From NCBI GenBank assembly GCA_004022145.1, contig RCNU01000002.1: a stretch of DNA of 64,000 nucleotides; one strand, given 5' to 3'. The first letter of the stretch is position 1, and the number at the start of each line of letters is the position of its first letter. Positions 25,351 to 37,384 of the stretch are shown in pieces. Source of the DNA: Paecilomyces variotii (lineage: Eukaryota). Both the position numbers and the translations under genes were made by a program. The notes under the pieces were generated by a model. That model searched no databases. It was not told where the DNA came from and saw only the letters and a program-made list of their open reading frames with translations.

Positions 25351-28286
25351 ATGTCTTCCGGTGAATCAGGTCGCAGAGAGACCACGAACAAGATCTTCTT
25401 CGCAAGTGTGAGTACTGGTTCTGTATCTCTGCTGTGTTTGCTTCCTGTGTACATCGTTATCCATTATCATTGTCGTTCTCTCTTCCGCACTCTTGTAATG
25501 TTGTGGGCACTGTATTTCTGAGACACAACTGAAAGCTCCATGTCTGCTCTGCTCTGCTCTTTTTCTTTGATCAACCGTTTACGACATGTTATGTTATTTT
25601 TACTATTTCCCTCCCACATGATCGCATCGTGGCCTATTTAAGAGATGCTACAGCTGAGTCTGCCCACGACGGACTGGCCCTCTCCGGCTGCTGTGTCAGC
25701 CGGCTTCGTTTTCTCGGTGAGCGACTATCTATCGGATCTCCCACTTGAGATGCTGGACGAGAACGGGAATGGTCTGATGGTGAACCGAGACCAGCCCGGT
25801 GGAACTACAATGACTGGCGCGGGCGGACGGACGGGATGATGGATACCTGTCCGCCCCTCTTTGCGCAACAACTTGGACTTCCCCGGGAGCGCAGTGCACG
25901 ATGTTGAGCGCCGGTGTCGCGACCGACGCAGAATGAGATGCACGCTATCGCCCAACGTTCTATCTATCTATCTATCCTCCCTGAAGGGCGGTGTGGTGCT
26001 GGCTGCTTTCCGTTGGCATCCCCGGCCGAGATTTCTCCATGGCGGCAGAATCGTCCCCGATGCTATCGATATCTTCTCAATTAGTGGCAGTCTGGAACAG
26101 GCCGGTTATAGTCGACAGCCTGCAGGTACATCCTCTATGCTTCATCTCGTATAGTCCTCCAGGCACCCCCCGCAGCCTGCTCGATCAGTCCGGGTAAAGC
26201 AACAAGCGACCTCGGGATTTCTCGCCAAGTCGTCTCGTCTCGGGATCACCTCCCAGAGCTTGGAGGCAATTGCGGGGCAACAGCGGGGAGATCAAGTGGC
26301 CACCGCAAGCTCCGATTAATTCTCTCGAGCCTCACAAGGGGAGAGCTTTGTGTTTTGTGTCACTTGACTGCCTGTCGGTCTCGAGATCCTGCCGTCCTTC
26401 AAAAACAGTCTGCGACCCCTACTTGAGGATCAAATTGCTCCAGCCAGCGGTTGTCCGGATGTTCCGTTGCCTTTAGAAAGCCGTTCTGTTTTAATCTCAG
26501 CTGGTTCGACGCAAACACGCTGCGGGAACCGCTTGATAGATACGAAGTCGTCCGGTGGTCAAGTGGCTGCCGCCGTCAGATCCAGCAGCTCTATCAGACG
26601 GGCAAACCTACATTCTAAGTTGCAGTTGGTTTCCAACTCAGGCCACGATGCGATACGCTATACCAGTAATGATCCTCCGCTACATGTCCTTTTCTGCGTT
26701 ACATTTTTCCCGATAACACTGTTATACCCAAATTGAAGAGTCGTTGTGTCTCCACCTGTTTCTTTTCCCATTCCTATTGGCAGTTTGCATTGATACTAGT
26801 TCACGTTTGATTCCTACTGAATCTATGGCTTCCATTTTCATCATCAAACTAACAGCATCTTTGTTCAGTCCGATGACACCAAAATATGTGTTGTCATGGT
26901 TGGGCTCCCAGCCAGGGGCAAGAGTCTCATTGCTGGCAAAGGTATAGATTTCTTCGACTCTCCCTTCCCCGACATTGATGCTAACGAGACATATCATAGC
27001 ATTACGGTATCTGGCCTGGGTGGGCATTCCTGCGCGGATTTTCAATGTAGGAAACTATCGTCGACAGGGCAACCCTCACCCGCAAGCAAATTTCTTCGAC
27101 CCCTCAAATGCGGAGGGAGAACGGATGAGACGAGCGGCTGCAGAGGCGGCAGTCTCTGACATGCTGCGATGGTTCAAGCAATCGAAAGGCACTGTCGCAA
27201 TCCTGGATGCCACAAACTCTACCAAAGCTAGAAGACGATGGATTCACGAGTCATGTGCAGCAGCAGGAATCGAGACATTATTCGTCGAGTCTTGCTGCGA
27301 CGATGAAGATATCATCATGAACAACATTCTCGAAGTCAAGACGACGTCGCCCGATTACGTGGGCCAGGATCCCGAGGCGGCCGCTCTAGATTTTCGCAAC
27401 CGGATTCGTAATTACGAGAAAGCTTATGAGACCATCGATGAGGCGGAGAAGCACTATACCTATGTTAAACTCATCAATGTTGGCTCCACTGTTATCATCA
27501 ATCATATCAAGGACTATCTATCCAGCCGGCTAGTGTATTACATCCAGAATCTCCATATCAGACCTCGCTCGATATGGCTCTCTCGGGTAAGTGATTAGTT
27601 ATTGTCGCTGCAACTGTGCACTAGCTAACAATGGGTAGCATGGCGAATCTGAGTACAATTTGGAGGGGAAAATCGGCGGCGATGCGAGCATTTCCGAGCG
27701 TGGAGAGGCCTACGCGCGTGCACTACCCGAGCTATTACGAAAATCCGGCGTTCCCCCAGGCGCCAAGTTGACAGTTTGGACTTCTACACTTAAGCGCACT
27801 ATCCAGACCGCCCGCCATCTGATTGCCGAAACGGGATATGACAAGCTTGAATGGAAGGCTCTGGATGAGCTTGACTCCGGTGTTTGTGACGGCCTGACCT
27901 ACGAGCAGATTGCTGAAAAGTATCCCGAGGACTTCGCTGCCAGGGATGAAGACAAGTATAACTATCGTTACCGTGGCGGCGAATCCTACCGTGATGTTGT
28001 CATCCGCCTCGAACCTATCATCATGGAGCTGGAACGGAGCGAGAATGTCATGATCGTGACTCACCAGGCTGTTTTGCGCTGCATCTATGCCTACTTCCTC
28101 AACACTTCCCAGGAACAGAGTCCCTGGATGGAAGTGCCACTCCACACCTTGATTAAACTGACTCCTCGTGCCTATGGCACAGAAGAGCAGCGCTTCAAGG
28201 CAGATATCCCCGCGGTGTCTACGTGGCGTGGAAAGGGCACATCCGCAAAGCATCAAGAGGTCCCCGAGGAGATGAAGCATAAATAA
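25351..28286 (+). CDS. FBP26: 6-phosphofructo-2-kinase/fructose-2,6-bisphosphatase (Fbp26-type); core exons 26869-28286, first exon at 25351 or 25750
   Basis: P-loop VMVGLPARGKS, FNVGNYRR, DATNST, SIWLSR|HGES (phosphatase His), LDELDSG, RYRGGESY, THQAVLR. The 5' start is less certain than the core. Confidence 0.9.
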
Positions 28287-28997
28287 AAGCTTATCCTCGG
28301 TCATTGTTTTACGACTGTTAGCACGAGTTCTGCGGCCACCTTATCACAGTTAGCACATTGTTTTCGGGCATTATTCTAGTGTTGCGGCTTCTACGGAAAA
28401 AGGGCTTCTCCAGGGTTTGGTAGAGTGGGTGCGCATCGGTAGATCTGGGTCTGCATTTGAAAAGATACAGCAGCCTGTATGGTTCGGAGCTTCTATTGAT
28501 ACCATTTGTTAATTGCAACAATGAGCTGGAGGTAGCGCGATAGAGCACATAGGGGCGTTGGCATAGACACATGTATGTACATATCCACTTGCATGGCATT
28601 GATTCAAAAATGCCCCGTTTCTCTCTGAATAAATTAAGCTTCTCAACCATTCTGGGCTCTGTAATACCGTTAAGATATGGGATATCATCAGTCAACTGCA
28701 GTAAAATAACCACAACAGCTAAGCTACCTAGTCGTAGTAGCACTTCCACAATGTTAGTTAACTGAGCTACTGATAGATGACTAAGGATTTATCTAATCAC
28801 GGGTCATCCATCGCCCGGCGCATCGCCCCGGAGCGCGGACCTATGAGCTGTACGAAGGCCGCCGAACAACAACAGCATGACTAGCTGTGCATCTAGAGCT
28901 CCGAGTCTCTCACGGACATGATCGCAGCTCGCCTATATCGAAGCGAAGAGGCGGGAAAAAAACCAGGAGCTCAGGGCCCCATCCCGTTCATTACGCG

Positions 28998-31900
28998 ATG
29001 TTGACAGCCTTCACGGCCCGACCGCTCGTCGAGCTCAAACCGCGGGACAAGTCCAAGATCGAATCGGTGCTTGCAAACGGCGATCGCTTGCTGGTTGGGC
29101 TGAACAATGGGGTTTTGCGGATTTATCGAGTCAATGAGCTGGTCGAGGAGAACGCACAACAGCAGGACGAGGAAGGGAACGGGCACGCGATAGAGAATGG
29201 GGTTCATAAGAACGGGAGTAATGGCCATGATCGTCCGGGGTCGGCATCACCTACTCAACAAGCAGCAGCAGCAAAGGTCAAATCTACGGATCTTCTACGT
29301 GAGGTGGAGAAGTTTGCGAGGTACAAGATTGAGCAGTTGGGTCTGATTAAAGAAGCGGATCTGCTTATCTCTTTATCCGGGGGATATGTCTCCATTCACG
29401 ATCTGCAGACATACCAACTTCATGAACAATTGACCAGGACGAAAGGCGCGTCTACTTTTGCAGTGACGAGAAATATCATTGAGGATCCGGAGACGGGCGT
29501 TCCTTCGATTGTCTCCCGTCTTGCTGTTGCTGTCAAAAGGAAGATACTCCTCTGGACATGGCGCAATTCGGAACTTGATAGCGACACGGCAGAGATCACC
29601 TTGGTCAGCGGGGTTAAGACAATCACATGGGCGTCTGCGACGAAGCTGATCGCCGGCTTAAGTTCGAACTATGTTATGGTTGATATCGAGAGCATGGAGA
29701 TTACGGATCTGGTCGGTCCTGGGAGTATTGGCGGAGGCCCAGGGCAGGAGACCAGCAGACTAGGCGGTGTTGGAGTCGTGAGCATGAGCTATATTGGTAT
29801 GGGAGGAATGGTACCGAAGCCGCTTGCGACGCGTCTCAGAGAAGGACAAGTTCTGCTGGCTAAGGATGTCAATACCCACTTTATCGATATTGATGGGAAC
29901 TCCTTGGGAAGAAAGCAGATTCCTTGGAATCACGCGCCGGAGTCAATCGGATACTCTTATCCGTACGTCCTTGCACTACAAGAGCCTTCGAAAGGGACAG
30001 TGGAAGTGAGAAACCCGGAGACATTATCACTTCTCCAGTCAATATCCTTACCGTCAGCCAATCTCATGTACATACCCGCGCCGGACACCAGTCTCGCCCA
30101 CGCAGGAAAGGGTTTTCTAGTTGCCAGTGATCGCGTCATCTGGCGAATGGAAGCCTTGAGCTATGACTCTCAGATCGACTCTTTGGTTGAAAATGGCCAA
30201 TTCGACGAGGCAATTAGTCTCATCAGTATGCTTGAAGATGCACTCCTCAAGGATAAAGCGAATCGATTGCGTGAGGTCAAACTTCAAAAGGCTCAGGAGC
30301 TATTCAATGCTCGCAAGTACCGAGATTCGCTAGATCTCTTCGCCGAAGTCTCTGCTCCTCCAGAGATTGTCATTCGGTTGTACCCTCGGATAATTGCCGG
30401 CGACATGAGCTCAGTTGTCGAAGAGTCGGATGAGTCTGAAGCTAGCCCCATCGAACCTCAGCAGAAAACAAATGGTAACCAGGCACATACAGAAACGGTG
30501 GGCGCTGAAGATACTGGCGGGGCCAAAAATGCCGCGTATGCTCCTTCAGTGAGGTCGTTTCTTCGATCGAGGGGAGACGACGGTCCTGGTAGCGAGGTCG
30601 GAAGTATTCGTGGAAAGCCATTGGATACCGGTGTCGACAAGCGTCTTGGTAAGTGACAACTCGAATATGTATTTTCTTTTTCTCTTTCCTAACATCCTCT
30701 AGAAGGGAAGGATCTCAAGGCTGCCGTTCGTGAGCTACAGGGTTTCTTGGCTGATATTCGCCGGAGATTCCAACGATTCCTAAACCCAGATGGCTCCCTT
30801 AGGGTGTCGCAAGTAGAGATTAGCGAATCCAATGATGAATTCACGGAATCAGTCAGGAAGCTACTTGGAATTCCCAAGGACGATGGAGACCATGAATTTG
30901 CAGACAGGCTGCGGGAAGCTGCTAAACTGGTCGACACGACTCTTTTCCGTGCTCACATGTATGCGACTCCTTCACTCGCAGGTTCCCTCTTTCGAATCGC
31001 CAATTTCTGCGACCCAGACGTGGTTATGGAGAAACTGGAGGAGAGCGAACGCTACAACGAACTCATCGATTTCCTGTACGGGAAAAAGATGCATCGTCCA
31101 GCTCTTGAGCTCCTTCGGAAGTTTGGCCAAGCTGAGACTGAAGAAGAAAATGCACCGCAGCTCCACGGACCGAGGAGGACGGTTGCATATCTACAAAATC
31201 TACCGCCAGATATGATCGACCTTATTCTCGAATTTGCCGAATGGCCCCTGCGGGCCGATCCTGACTTGGGCATGGAAATCTTCCTGGCCGACACTGAGAA
31301 TGCAGAGACATTACCACGACAACGTGTTCTTGAGTTCCTGGAGAAAGTCGATTCCGACCTTGCCGTTCGTTACCTAGAGCATGTTATCGGAGAGCTGAAC
31401 GATGAGACACCAGAGCTACATCAGAGGCTGCTTACCCTCTATCTGGAGCGTCTTCAGAAGCATAAATCCGGCGAACGGAAATTTGCGGAAGAAGATGAAT
31501 ACGATGAGACGAAGAATAAGTTTTTGGACTTACTCAAATCGAGCGCGCAGTACTCTCCTGCTAAGATGCTTGATCGTCTTCCCCGCGATGGTGAGTGTAG
31601 GAACAGTGGACCGGAGGATCGACCATGGCTAATGCAACCTTAGACCCCGAGTTTTTCGAAGCGAGAGCGATCCTCTTTAGCAAGATGGGCCAACACAAGC
31701 AAGCTTTGGAGATCTATGTATTCAAGATCGGGGATCACGCGAAAGCTGAGGAGTAGGTACCCCTCTTAAAATCTACTGGAGCTATTTGGACTAACATATG
31801 CGAAAGGTATTGCAATCATATACATATGTCAGAAGATAACCAGCCCCCGGAGGGTGCGCCGTCTGGACGTATAGCACCCACAGACGAGGGAAGCGACAAA

Positions 31901-32418
31901 CAATCTATCTATCTGACCTTGCTCTCGCTATACCTCTCTCCTCCGCATGCGTACAAACCGCAATATGGTCCTGCTCTGGAGATTCTGGCCAAACACGGAT
32001 CTCGATTACCGGCCAATTCCACCCTTAACCTGATCCCGGAGACACTGCCCGTCCGAGACCTCGAATTCTACTTCAGGGGCCGTATGCGGGCGGCAAATAC
32101 CATCATGAACGAAGCGAGGATTGTCGCTGGCCTTCAGAAAGTGCAGAATATCTCCACGCAAGCACAGCTGCTGCTGGGTGAAGGAGGGCGCGATCCCAGA
32201 GCGACTCGAAGTCGACATGTCACAGTTACCGAAGAGAGAGTTTGCGTCGTATGCCATAAACGATTAGGAGGAAGTGTCATCAACGTTTTTCCAGAGTAAG
32301 TCTCTTCCCTTGTCTCCCGTCTGCCGTCGCGCAAGGATACCATTCTAACGATACTGCCACTCCCAGCAACACTGTCGTCCATCTGGGTTGCGCCAGTAGG
32401 ATCAATACCACCGCGTAA
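28998..32418 (+). CDS. VPS39: HOPS subunit Vps39/Vam6 (AvaB): CNH domain, clathrin-like repeat, C-terminal Zn motif; 5 exons
   Basis: MLTAFTARPLVEL, RLAVAVKRK, LVDTTLFRAHM, ELIDFLYGKKMHRPALELL, CVVCHKRLGGSV..P|DNTVVHLGC. Confidence 0.92.
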
Positions 32419-32703
32419 ATACCACTTTTGTTCTTTGCATTGTATGTACTTTAGCGGCGTCGAGAGGTCGAGATGTTTTGTTCCGGGTCGTTTCGTGGAT
32501 TTCCCCAGCATGCGATGGTGGTCTGCTTCCTGCATGAATAGATACCCCAGATAGCGATGACATAGTGAAATCGAACTGGTCCATCAAGCCGGCCAATTCC
32601 TGCGAATCTGTGGCCATGGCTATGAGCTCCTAGATTCCCATTGCAGCTGAATACCGTAGAACACGACCACAAACGTGCAAGCAAAAGGTGCGACGGCAGA
32701 CGT

Positions 32704-33030
32704 CTATTCGTCCTCAACGACCTCTTCTCCATAGTTCTCTTCCTCCTTGGCCTCCTTTTCCGATTCTTTCTTGCCCTGCGCTTCCGCAGCTTTCTTGTCT
32801 TCCTCCATTCGCTCCGTCAAGAAAACATTGATCTCTCCCTGCAGCTTGGTCACAAGGCCTTTAAGTTCCGATAGATATTCCGTTTTGGTCTTGACATTCT
32901 CCTCTGGCGCAGCTGAGACGTTGAGTGTCGAGGAGAGGTGATGCTGGAATGTATGGGAAGTGGGTGGATGCGGGGAACTGTACTGGGCTTGCAGAACAGC
33001 AGTGCCGGTGGAAGAGGCAGCAGGGGACAT
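32704..33030 (-). CDS. GON7: EKC/KEOPS complex subunit Gon7
   Basis: Small protein with LQAQYSSP, KTEYLSELKGLVTKLQGEINVFLTERMEEDK and an acidic EEENYGEE tail. Confidence 0.85.
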   Translation of the reverse strand: MSPAASSTGTAVLQAQYSSPHPPTSHTFQHHLSSTLNVSAAPEENVKTKTEYLSELKGLVTKLQGEINVFLTERMEEDKKAAEAQGKKESEKEAKEEENYGEEVVEDE

Positions 33031-33417
33031 GGTGAAGATAGATAGCCACCAGGAGATATCAATAGAATGATCACCAAAGAGATGTTTATTTAATATTCCA
33101 GGACCTCCTTGCGGCGCTGGGTGCGGGATGCGATGTGAAATATCAGTTTTTCTTCCCACGGCGGGACAAAAAGTTGAAGCCACTGAGCCAGTTCGGCCGG
33201 CGGGGCGCCCAGTGCGGTTTCACTTCTTTGACGTCGGCGGAAGCAGATCGCCAGGAACATCAGCTCAGATTATGTGTCTCCCCTCCCAAGCGCAGGCTCA
33301 GCTTCAATCAACCGGTTGGATGAGAAAAGTGCCTGGCAACATGCCGATGTCTGCCAGGTAGCTGCTGCGCTGTGTGCGTTCTCCACGCTGATTGCTTATG
33401 TTCCACCAGCCTTCACG

Positions 33418-35997
33418 ATGAACACGCCCTCTGTCCGCGGCACGGAGCTGCGCTCTTCGGTGGCCACCCGGTCGTCATCTGAAACGACAAGGACAAAGAG
33501 GGCTTCTGCTGAGCTTGCTGAGCGTCCAGGTTCCTCTGGAAGTGATGTCTCGTCTGGTTCATCGAATGTGACCACGCTCTCTCGTCCTCAAGGCTCGATA
33601 TACGACCCCAATGCACAGCCAGGGATAGCTCCGCATCCGCCCCGAACCTCCTCAGTGAGTAACAGCAATAACACGAGCACTGTTACTCTGCCGACATTCA
33701 CTCGTCCTTCTGCCGCCTACATGCCACAGAATGATCCTCAATCGCGCAAGTCCCCACGGGCTCCTCCCCCCGAACTGCAGAGACACCGTCCGCGACAACA
33801 TTCCCAAGGCTTCTTCGAACCCTCCCTGCCCACTGCCACCCTATCCGATAATACAGTCATGGCGAACCTTTCAGCGTCGCAGATCGCAGCACAGGCTGCT
33901 ATGCAGCACCAAGCCTCGAATCAGCACTTACGGAAACGTTCACAGACAATCCCGAACCTCCAGGAAGAAGGCCAGAAGGCTAAGAAGGGCAGCAGAGAGT
34001 CCCCGCCTCCTCCGCTGCTGGCTCCGCAAAGTGCGACAGGAGGAGGCTTCTCAGAACAATCTTATCAGAATGGATTGGTAGGGGGTCGTGTCTTAGCAGC
34101 TACGACAGCAGCAAATGCTGCCTTTCCCAGGAGTCCAGGCCTGGCACCGTCGGCGCCGCCGCTGGAACAGCCTCCCGAACGCGAACATAAGCACAAAGGG
34201 GAGAAGTCGAAGATGAAATTATTCTCCAAGCCGAAACACATCGCCTTGTCTCGAGATAAGGAAGGATCAGGGAAGGACAAGGCTCTTCCATCCCCGAATA
34301 AGATGGGCTTCGCAGGGCCCAGTGGGCTCTCTCGTATGGTGAATGCCTCAACAACCAGCTTGGCAGATACACTTCCTTCGGGCAACTCGTCTATGTATAA
34401 CTTGTCCAACACCTCGCAGAGCACCGTTGTCCCAGCTGATCGACAACCAAGCGAGAAGGACAAAGAGAAAGAAAAGCACAAACACCATTTCTTATCACGG
34501 CAGAAGCTCAAACTCAAAGACAAAGATGATCACTATCATCTGCCTTTATCATCTGCATCGAGCAATTCGAGACCCTTGGATCCAAATGCTCCGCAGTCGT
34601 TATATTCGTTCACGCCGTCTTCACCGGCTCCATCTTCCACCGCATTTGGCAAGTCTGTAACAGGTCTAGATCTTCTTCATGGCGGACGAGCCCTGCGCGA
34701 GAAAAAGAAGGAAGAGAAGGCAATTGCTGCTGCAGCTTTTGATCCTACAAGGGAACAAGATTCGGCCGAGTGGCCTGCCACCTCAGGACCTGGTGCCTCC
34801 CAACTAGGACCCGGGGCATCTACACTTGGAGGCCCTGGAGGTTTTCTACATGGTGAAACTGCTTTCCGGGAAGCCCTTCAGGGATTCGGATTGAATAACA
34901 TGACTGCCGAGGATGCATGGGACTTCCTCAAAGCCAAGCTCCTAGTTATTTTCGATGGGGAAGATGTGCGGTTCGCCATCGAAGACTTGAATAAGCTTGT
35001 TATCGTCCATATCCAACGTTGTGTCCAGAAGCTTATGCCGCATGTCATTGTGGAAGACCTCCGGGAGCTTCTCCACACTGGTTTTGCGTCTTTAGGCCAC
35101 TCGCTGACAGGTATCCCGGATGAGAAGCTGGTGCCACATCTGGTGCAGATATGGATGCTGGCCTTTGGGAAGATTCTCCCCTTCATTCAAGCCGTCTTTC
35201 TTCCGCTAGATCTCGAGTTCAAAGGCCGCGGATCGATCATGTCGTCTCGTGAAGCTAAGGAGTTCTGGGGCGCACTCCCCAGTGTGGATAACCCTGACGC
35301 GTTCATGGGCGACGAACTCGATGTTCGGACGATTGTTCTTGTTGCTTTCCGTGATACGGTCATCCTGAGTCGTTACGAGGGTCTTAAAGCGACCTTTTCT
35401 CGATTGAGTCTGGATAACATCAATGCTGGCGTCAGCAGTCTCGGCGTCACGTCCAACAGCAGCAATAGTGGCGGTCGTCCCGGGACCGCCACCTCTCTTG
35501 ATCCTGGCCTTAGCAGCTACAACTCACAATCATCTACTCTTCTGAACGCTGCTGGCAGTTACTCTTCCGATACCGCCAGCCTTACCCGCAGCCGTGCGGA
35601 GTCCAATACATCCTCCAATCCCGACCAACATCTCTTCCAGTCTTTCTCTTCACCGTCTCATAGGCCCAGTATCACCGCTCGCTCTGTGCCGGCAACAACA
35701 GACTCTTCTCACATCATCACTGAGACTGTCGGTCGCATGCTGCAATGTGTTAGCGTGCTGGCCAGCGTCCAAACAGGAGACGAACCGCAGGAACAAATCG
35801 AGACTTTAAGCAAGACACTGAAACACAACTGGCTTGGACGCGGGCGGACAGGCAGAGATCGAAGAGGATTTGTCGGAACCCGAATTCGGCCGGCGGCAAC
35901 TCCCAAGCAGGAAAGCGATGAATCACAAACCGGCAGAACGAATGACGAGACTCAATGGAATGGACGAGATGGGGGTCTGAACTTGAGCATGCTGTGA
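33418..35997 (+). CDS. BIT61: HbrB/Bit61-family protein (TORC2 subunit); an in-frame upstream ATG at 33274 is possible
   Basis: Ser/Pro-rich N-terminus followed by an HbrB-like domain: DAWDFLKAKLLVIFDGE, ILPFIQAVFLPLDLEF, AFRDTVIL, RMLQCVSVLASVQT, WLGRGRTGRDRRGFVG. Confidence 0.85.
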   Translation: MNTPSVRGTELRSSVATRSSSETTRTKRASAELAERPGSSGSDVSSGSSNVTTLSRPQGSIYDPNAQPGIAPHPPRTSSVSNSNNTSTVTLPTFTRPSAAYMPQNDPQSRKSPRAPPPELQRHRPRQHSQGFFEPSLPTATLSDNTVMANLSASQIAAQAAMQHQASNQHLRKRSQTIPNLQEEGQKAKKGSRESPPPPLLAPQSATGGGFSEQSYQNGLVGGRVLAATTAANAAFPRSPGLAPSAPPLEQPPEREHKHKGEKSKMKLFSKPKHIALSRDKEGSGKDKALPSPNKMGFAGPSGLSRMVNASTTSLADTLPSGNSSMYNLSNTSQSTVVPADRQPSEKDKEKEKHKHHFLSRQKLKLKDKDDHYHLPLSSASSNSRPLDPNAPQSLYSFTPSSPAPSSTAFGKSVTGLDLLHGGRALREKKKEEKAIAAAAFDPTREQDSAEWPATSGPGASQLGPGASTLGGPGGFLHGETAFREALQGFGLNNMTAEDAWDFLKAKLLVIFDGEDVRFAIEDLNKLVIVHIQRCVQKLMPHVIVEDLRELLHTGFASLGHSLTGIPDEKLVPHLVQIWMLAFGKILPFIQAVFLPLDLEFKGRGSIMSSREAKEFWGALPSVDNPDAFMGDELDVRTIVLVAFRDTVILSRYEGLKATFSRLSLDNINAGVSSLGVTSNSSNSGGRPGTATSLDPGLSSYNSQSSTLLNAAGSYSSDTASLTRSRAESNTSSNPDQHLFQSFSSPSHRPSITARSVPATTDSSHIITETVGRMLQCVSVLASVQTGDEPQEQIETLSKTLKHNWLGRGRTGRDRRGFVGTRIRPAATPKQESDESQTGRTNDETQWNGRDGGLNLSML

Positions 35998-36924
35998 TAT
36001 TGTTGTTGTTTATCAAATCAGGGCGCAAATTTTCCTTTTCGGTCGTGACTCGATTCTTTTGTTTCGTCTGTTTTCTTGTTCCCCTACGGGTAGGATATGA
36101 GATGGCTTAGGTAGTTCTGGCGCTTGAAGCGGTAGCGAAATCATGGGGTTGGTTCTCAACACAGGTTTTATCAGAGATGTTCCTCGGCGAAACAAGAAAT
36201 CCACCATTGTTTATACCCGGTTTCTACATTTGTGAATTATCTTTCCATTGAAAACACGGTCGATTTGTTCTTTTTTCTTTTCAAAATTCCAGTAGTAAAA
36301 CGTAACTTGAAAGTGGAATGCTCCAAGCTCATTCATTGTATTTGACCCCGGCAAGGTCATTCTTTTCTTTATATAGATCGTAGTTGGATCGAAGCAGCTC
36401 AATCACATAACCAAAAACCATAGCCCCCACATATAGCCTTACATATACCCATGAAACCGCCACAAAAAAACTAAAAAACCAAGATTGAAATTAAAACTTC
36501 AAAAAGAAGAAAAGCAATATCTCCCCGAGGTATATAGTGTAACCCCCAACTCCAATCTAGTCTCGTGTCAAATAGTTATAGTCCGTTATTATTATTACAT
36601 ATTACTACACGCCCAATCGTCCCTGCCAGCCACTTAACATCCCTGCTCTGTCGGGAAGTTTTCTGTAACAGACAGGCCACTGCGCCATGTCGGGGCAAAA
36701 TGCGGGGTAAATAGTTTGTACATAGTACTGAGACATAAAAGGAGGGCAACTTAAGGTCGTGGCTGTATTTTGATTAGATATACAGTGAATGCGTTCTTCT
36801 TTTGGTTCTTTTCTTTTGCTTGATGGGACGTGGGACGTGGAAGATGTATGATTTCGCTATAATATGCAGTTGATGTATAGACGGACGAAGCGGTATTCGA
36901 TTTCTAGATAATCCTCTCTCTCCA

Positions 36925-37033
36925 GACCGATGATGAGTATCTATCTCCCAAAGGCCTTTCCGAGATGCGTAGTATTCGCATCGGTGCGGTCATAAAAAGA
37001 GATATCATTCGCTTAACCATTTGCTCTGAGGTC
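36925..37033 (+). ncRNA. Candidate box C/D snoRNA
   Basis: Terminal stem GACC/GGTC, box C ATGATGA (36930-36936) in canonical K-turn spacing, D' CCGA (36960-36963), internal hairpin GATGCG/CGCATC, box D CTGA (37026-37029), external stem CTCTCTCTCC/GGAGAGGGAG. Intergenic. Confidence 0.75.
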
Positions 37034-37384
37034 AAGAAAGGAGAGGGAGTTCAGATGAAATATGAGGAAAATACGATGTATGTGGAAAGAGTTCTTTTGT
37101 TTTGATCTTCAAAGTCTAGAGGACCCGCTCACGTACTCTGCGCTGATTCCATGAGGAATCGCTGAGACGGCAGTTCCTGACATGAGATGTTTTTTTTTTT
37201 TTTTAAGTGTACTTACAGAAGCACACAGTCGTATCCGTAACAATGGGGGCAGAGGAGATACAAAATCAAAGTATCGGTCACACAATAACAGGCGACGAAG
37301 TATCCTCATGACAACAGAGTACACGGCCAATGGCCCAAGGGGAACCAAGATGGTATCGGTAATGCTCGAACGTGCGACGAGTAG

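Noticed and set aside
25408..26868. TPP riboswitch or tRNA inside the long FBP26 intron
   Set aside because: Lacks the TPP aptamer core. The GGTTCGA near 26503 does not fold into a cloverleaf.
28887..28997. N-terminal ORF extension of VPS39 (similar extensions exist for RRP12, GON7 and the RING gene)
   Set aside because: For VPS39 and the RING gene the extension starts at GTG/TTG. In all four cases the family-typical sequence begins at the downstream ATG.
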